Shown: positions 59,968 to 64,000 of the stretch, piece after piece | Layout of the letters: every line of letters starts with the position of its first letter | Numbering within the stretch: position 1 is the stretch's first letter | From: Candidatus Eiseniibacteriota bacterium | GTDB taxonomy: Bacteria > Eisenbacteria > RBG-16-71-46 | Reading direction: 5' to 3' | DNA length: 64,000 nucleotides | Assembly: GCA_963776245.1 (NCBI GenBank) | Contig: CAVZLN010000006.1 | Location: forward strand, 32,001-96,000 | Translations under genes and position numbers: made by a program | The notes under the pieces: model-generated | Seen by the model: the letters and a program-made list of their open reading frames with translations, nothing else | The model's database searches: none | Told to the model about the DNA's origin: nothing

Positions 59968-60028
59968 GGAAGGTCTCCTCCGCGGCACGCCGCGGTGGCC
60001 GGGTCGCGGCCGCCGCGGCACATGGGCC

Positions 60029-60538
60029 TCAGCGTGCGTCGGTGAGGGTCACCTGGAACACGAGCGTGGCCTTGGGCGGGATGAGGCCGCCGTAGCCGGC
60101 GTCGCCGTAGGCGAGCGGGGACGGGATGACGAGCTTCCGCCGTCCGCCCACCTTCATGCCCTCGATGCCCTGCTCCCACCCCTTGATGACCTGCCCGGCG
60201 CCCAGCCGGAAGACGATCGGCGCGCCGCGGGAGTACGACTGATCGAACACCTCGCCGCTCTCGAGCCGGCCGACGTAGTGCACCGAGACCGTCATGCCCG
60301 CCTTGGCCTCGGCCCCCGTGCCGATGGACGCGTCCCAGTAGCGCAGTCCGCTGCCGGTCGTGACCAGCGTACCGGTGACCTCCCAGACCGCGGTGTCGGT
60401 CGCGGCGACCACGGGTGCGGCGGGCGCGGCGGGCGCGGCCGGGGGCGCGCTCGACTCCGTCTTCGGCGCGCTCTTCGGCTGACAGCCGGCTAGCGCCAGC
60501 ACCGCCAGCACGGCGCACACGGCTGAGTGCTTCGTCAT
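60029..60538 (-). CDS. FKBP-type peptidyl-prolyl isomerase, lipoprotein
   Basis: Lipobox LAGC; SVHYVGRL, FDQSY, GQVIKGWEQGIEGMKVGG, IPPKATLVF. Confidence 0.92.
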   Translation of the reverse strand: MTKHSAVCAVLAVLALAGCQPKSAPKTESSAPPAAPAAPAAPVVAATDTAVWEVTGTLVTTGSGLRYWDASIGTGAEAKAGMTVSVHYVGRLESGEVFDQSYSRGAPIVFRLGAGQVIKGWEQGIEGMKVGGRRKLVIPSPLAYGDAGYGGLIPPKATLVFQVTLTDAR

Positions 60539-60609
60539 GAGTGCCCTCTCCTCGGTCATCGGTCGTCTCGCCCGCCGGCCCGTTCGGACCGCCGCGCCCG
60601 CCGGCCGTC

Positions 60610-61095
60610 TCAACGCACGGCCAGCAACTCCACGTCGAACACCAGGGTCGCGTCGGGGGGGATCACTCCCCCGGCGGCGCCGCGCCTGCCGTAGCCCAGC
60701 TCGGAGGGGATGGTGAGCTTGCGCTTGCCGCCCACGCGCATCCCGGCCACGCCCTCGTCCCAGCCGCGGATGACCTGGCCCTCGCCGAGCTTGAACGTGA
60801 ACGGCCGGCCGGCATCGAGGCTGCTGTCGAACTTGGTGCCGTCGGTGAGCCAGCCGGTGTAGTGCACCGACACGTTCATGCCGGGCTCCGCCAGCTGGCC
60901 GGTGCCCACGACGAGGTCCACGTACTTGAGTCCATCCGGCATGATGACCTCTCTCGGGGCCTGGGGTGCGGCGGCGACCGGCGCTCCCGAAGACGCGCCG
61001 GCGGTGACGTCGGCGGGCCCGGAACCGGTGCGGGGGTGGCAGCCGGCCAGCGCGACCAGAGCGCAGAGCGCCATCCAGCTCTTGTTGCGGATCAT
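60610..61095 (-). CDS. FKBP-type peptidyl-prolyl isomerase, lipoprotein
   Basis: Lipobox [45 protein letters not shown]. Confidence 0.93.
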   Translation of the reverse strand: MIRNKSWMALCALVALAGCHPRTGSGPADVTAGASSGAPVAAAPQAPREVIMPDGLKYVDLVVGTGQLAEPGMNVSVHYTGWLTDGTKFDSSLDAGRPFTFKLGEGQVIRGWDEGVAGMRVGGKRKLTIPSELGYGRRGAAGGVIPPDATLVFDVELLAVR

Positions 61096-61337
61096 GCGGG
61101 GCTCCTTTGCGGATCGACGGAGAAAAGGGGAACGGTCGCGAACGGTCGCATATCGGAGCGACGGCATCAAGGCCCGGGCGGCGGGAGCGCCGGCGCCCGC
61201 GCCCCGCGCGGGTGGAAACGCGCACGGAAAGACTCCGCTGAAGCGCCGGGTGCTCCCCGCCGATACCTCCCCGGTATGGAAATGCGTGGCGCGTGCACCA
61301 CCGACGCGTCCGAGGCCCCTGGCCGGAGGATCCGGAG

Positions 61338-61790
61338 ATGAGCGAGATCAACAAAGTGGTGGCACATTTCACGAATGGCAAGCTCGTCAAGGGCGCCACC
61401 CAGGACTTCTTCCCCAACCGCCCCATCTTCCACGTGCTGATGGGGGGCGGCGAGCCGAGCGTCGAGATCCGCTGCAAGGAGCTCAAGGCGCTGTTCTTCG
61501 TGCGCGACCTGGCCGGCAATCCGAAGCGCCGCGACCTGCGCGGCTTCCTCGGCTCGCCGGTGGAGACCCGCCAGGGCAAGAAGCTCGCGGTGCTGTTCAA
61601 GGACGGCGAACTGCTGTGCGGCTACACGCTCACGTTCTCTCCCGATCGGGAGGGGTTCTTCATGTTCCCGTCCGACGCGGAGAGCAACAACATGCGCATC
61701 TACGTCCTGACGGCCGCATGCGCCGAGGTCAAGGCCGGCGCGTCCGCCGACCTGCTGGTGCAGCGGGTGCTCGCCACCCGCGCCGCCTGA
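61338..61790 (+). CDS. Conserved hypothetical protein (DUF6982-like)
   Basis: [46 protein letters not shown]. Confidence 0.7.
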   Translation: MSEINKVVAHFTNGKLVKGATQDFFPNRPIFHVLMGGGEPSVEIRCKELKALFFVRDLAGNPKRRDLRGFLGSPVETRQGKKLAVLFKDGELLCGYTLTFSPDREGFFMFPSDAESNNMRIYVLTAACAEVKAGASADLLVQRVLATRAA

Positions 61791-61918
61791 GGCCCGGACA
61801 CCTGCGGGCGACCGTCACCCGCGGCGAAACCGCGGTTGAAGTCCGCCCCCGGCTCGGGTAAGGTCGTCGCCCGCGCGCGCCCGGCGCGCACCGGCTCCAC
61901 CTCTCACCCGAGGGACCC

Positions 61919-62023
61919 ATGACCTCCTTCAAGCACCGGCTCCACCGCAAGCGCGCCAAGAAGGCCTCCAAGCGCAAGGCCGAGAAGGTCCGCGCCGCGA
62001 AGAAGGCGGCCGGCAAGCGCTAG
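61919..62023 (+). CDS. 34-aa highly basic small protein (not in the ORF track)
   Basis: MTSFKHRLHRKRAKKASKRKAEKVRAAKKAAGKR*; GAGGGA RBS; upstream TTGAAG-N17-TAAGGT (61836-61864); G/C at the third position of every codon. Confidence 0.65.
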   Translation: MTSFKHRLHRKRAKKASKRKAEKVRAAKKAAGKR

Positions 62024-62037
62024 ACGCTCCCGCGGCC

Positions 62038-62787
62038 TCAGCGCGCCCGAGCGCGCAGCCACTGGATGTAGGCCCACAGCCGATCGAGGTCGCCGGGCGC
62101 GAGATGGCGCTCGAACGCCGGCATGCGCAGCGTGGCGCGCGCGAGGAAGTACCGCGCGCCGGGATTCGCCGCGAAGCGCCGGCTCACCCCCCGCTCCACC
62201 CACTCGCCGAAGTCCGCGCGGTCCCGCACCAGTTCGGCGAAGTCGCGTCCGTCCCACGACGGCACGTAGCCCTTGAACGAACCGGGGTTGCGCATCGCGA
62301 GCCGTCCGCCCGCTCCGTGACAGCCGGTGCACCCGAGCGCGTCGGCGCGCTCGAGCCCCGCGCGCGCCAGCGAATCGGCCGGCTCGGGCCTTCCGGCGCT
62401 CGCCTCGACGAACTCCACCAGGTCGTCGATCTCCCCCGGTCGCAGGCGGTGCGCGAACCCCGGCATGCGCAGCGCCCCCGCGGCGCTCTCGCGCTTCCAG
62501 GTCTCGCTCGCGGCGCGCGCGGCGCTCACGCCGTCCGCGATCCACTCGCGGGTCTCGGCCGGGGTCTTGGCGTACATCATCAGGTCGGCCTCGAACGTGG
62601 GGACCGTTCGATCGCTGCGGCCGGGGTTCGACGCGCCGCGCGTGCCTGCCGCGGTGTGGCAGGCGAAACAGCCGGCGCGCTCGGCGACCCGCCGTCCGCG
62701 CTCGGCCGCGGGCAGGTCGCGCCGCGACGCCCAGGCCGCGAACGCGACGACGGCGGCGGCGGCGAGCGCGAGGATCAGGCGGCGCAT
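62038..62787 (-). CDS. Diheme c-type cytochrome
   Basis: Signal/anchor peptide; CFACH and CTGCH, each followed by an LRMP(G/A)F distal-Met motif. Confidence 0.88.
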   Translation of the reverse strand: MRRLILALAAAAVVAFAAWASRRDLPAAERGRRVAERAGCFACHTAAGTRGASNPGRSDRTVPTFEADLMMYAKTPAETREWIADGVSAARAASETWKRESAAGALRMPGFAHRLRPGEIDDLVEFVEASAGRPEPADSLARAGLERADALGCTGCHGAGGRLAMRNPGSFKGYVPSWDGRDFAELVRDRADFGEWVERGVSRRFAANPGARYFLARATLRMPAFERHLAPGDLDRLWAYIQWLRARAR

Positions 62788-62846
62788 GATGGAAGTCGGC
62801 GGCGCGGGGCGGGGCGCCGGGCGGCGCCCCGCTCTCCGCGGGAGGC

Positions 62847-63227
62847 CTACTTCTTCGCGAGCTTGACCGCGTCGACCTCGAGCGCCTTGATGCCCCCGCG
62901 CGCCATCACCGAGCCGGTGACCTCGACGAGGTCGCCCGCCAGCGCCTTCGCCTGGTTGAACGGGTCGGCGGTGTCGTGGCTCAGGGTGAGCAGGTAGAGC
63001 GTGCCGTCGGTGGCGAGCAGGCCCATCGGCATGCCCCCGGAGATGCACTTGGTCGCGCAGCTCTTGTGCTTCTCGCCCTTGGCCTCGTGGCCGAGGTAGC
63101 AGCCCATGTCCACGATCTCGCCCTTGAGCGTGACCGGTTTGCCGCCGCCCATGGACGCCGCGTGCGAGGCGTGGGCGGCGAGCGTGGCAACGGCGGCGAC
63201 GGCGAGGACGCTGAGGAAGCGCTTCAT
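62847..63227 (-). CDS. Small secreted OB-fold-like protein with Cys/His motif
   Basis: Signal peptide; GEIVDMGCYLGH...HKSCATKCISGG; VEVTG. Confidence 0.75.
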   Translation of the reverse strand: MKRFLSVLAVAAVATLAAHASHAASMGGGKPVTLKGEIVDMGCYLGHEAKGEKHKSCATKCISGGMPMGLLATDGTLYLLTLSHDTADPFNQAKALAGDLVEVTGSVMARGGIKALEVDAVKLAKK

Positions 63228-63392
63228 GGATCTCCTCCGGTTGTGGGGGGTCCGCCGGGCCCGGACCGCAGTCCGCCGACGTCATCACTGGAGAAGAGAT
63301 TCGCCCCGCGTGCCCCAGGTTCGAGCGCGGGCGAGGGAGCGCCAGAAATGACCGAACGCTGACCTCGCCGGCGCGCTGGTGCCGCGAGCGGA

Positions 63393-63998
63393 TCAGGTCA
63401 GCTCGAGCCACTTCAGGTCGAGGGCGCCGTACAGGCCGCCGCCCTGCCCGCCGAAGAGCTCCTGGCCGCGGCGCAGCGACTCCGACGGGATGTCCACCAC
63501 CGGCAGCCCGAGATCCTCCACCGCCGCGATGCGGGGCGTGGTCGGCAGCGAGAAGCGCTCGCTGGCCAGGTAGTCTTCGAATTCGTCGAGCGTCCACGCG
63601 AACAGCGCGTCCACCTCCCACACCAGCCGGACCTCCTTGCCGCGCGTGAGCTCGGGCGGGTCGTCGGGGCCGGCGGGCCGGAGCGTGCCGACCGCGCAGC
63701 AGTCGCATCCGAACCAGAACTCGGGCTCGCCTTCGAGCACCAGGCCGTGGGTCAGGCGCGCCTCGGTCGGGGCGTCCTTCCAGACGTTGGTGAGCAGTTC
63801 GCTGAGCGCGAACAGGTAGCGCAGCAGGGCCCGCGGATCGTCGCTGGCCGCGCCGCGCAGCCCGGTCGCCAGCACGCGCAGGTTGCGGATGGCCTCCAGC
63901 CGCACCCACGGGGAGCGGCGGTTGCAGAGCGCGGTGAGGTTCTTGAGGGTGCCGTCGAGCCGCTCGCGCGCCACCACGGTGAGGTCGGCGAACGTGCC
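63393..63998 (-). CDS. Hypothetical protein, C-terminal part (5' end beyond the window)
   Basis: Frame is open to the window edge; coding-like codon usage; WFGCDCC motif. Confidence 0.6.
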   Translation of the reverse strand, partial: GTFADLTVVARERLDGTLKNLTALCNRRSPWVRLEAIRNLRVLATGLRGAASDDPRALLRYLFALSELLTNVWKDAPTEARLTHGLVLEGEPEFWFGCDCCAVGTLRPAGPDDPPELTRGKEVRLVWEVDALFAWTLDEFEDYLASERFSLPTTPRIAAVEDLGLPVVDIPSESLRRGQELFGGQGGGLYGALDLKWLELT

Positions 63999-64000
63999 GT

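Overview
Very GC-rich (about 70% or more by eye), gene-dense bacterial DNA with about 55 protein-coding genes. No rRNA, tRNA, CRISPR array or mobile element was recognised. A secreted protein with a FlgD/T9SS-CTD-like tail suggests an FCB-group or Eisenbacteria-like host (inference). Main blocks: (1) 0.6-11.4 kb, an uncharacterised catabolic operon: GNAT-like protein, thiolase-fold protein lacking the catalytic Cys plus its DUF35 partner, xanthine-dehydrogenase-family Mo enzyme, and FdrA/YlbE/YlbF (AllFGH-like) with a cyclase inserted. (2) 13.5-25.8 kb, anaerobic benzoyl-CoA pathway (had-oah-dch-tetR-bcrCBAD, then SDR, LeuA-like and thiolase), with a sigma70 promoter carrying a palindromic operator. 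(3) 26.5-34 kb, RsbW/STAS pair, ECF sigma and anti-sigma, an unknown exported repeat protein, a gluzincin/propeller/barrel protein and PrsW; two copies of an ECF promoter motif are visible. (4) Secreted peptidases. (5) 39.6-47.6 kb, the best candidate for an undescribed system: three GcvH-like proteins lacking the lipoyl lysine, a NrfC/NrfD-type redox pair with no catalytic subunit, a heme-c sensor kinase, a sigma54 activator and archaemetzincin, with a candidate sigma54 promoter and tandem enhancer sites. (6) iorAB, ADP-forming acyl-CoA synthetase-GNAT, malic enzyme, transporters, FKBPs, a diheme cytochrome and a 34-aa basic small ORF. Seven single-base frameshifts in five genes are probably sequencing indels.
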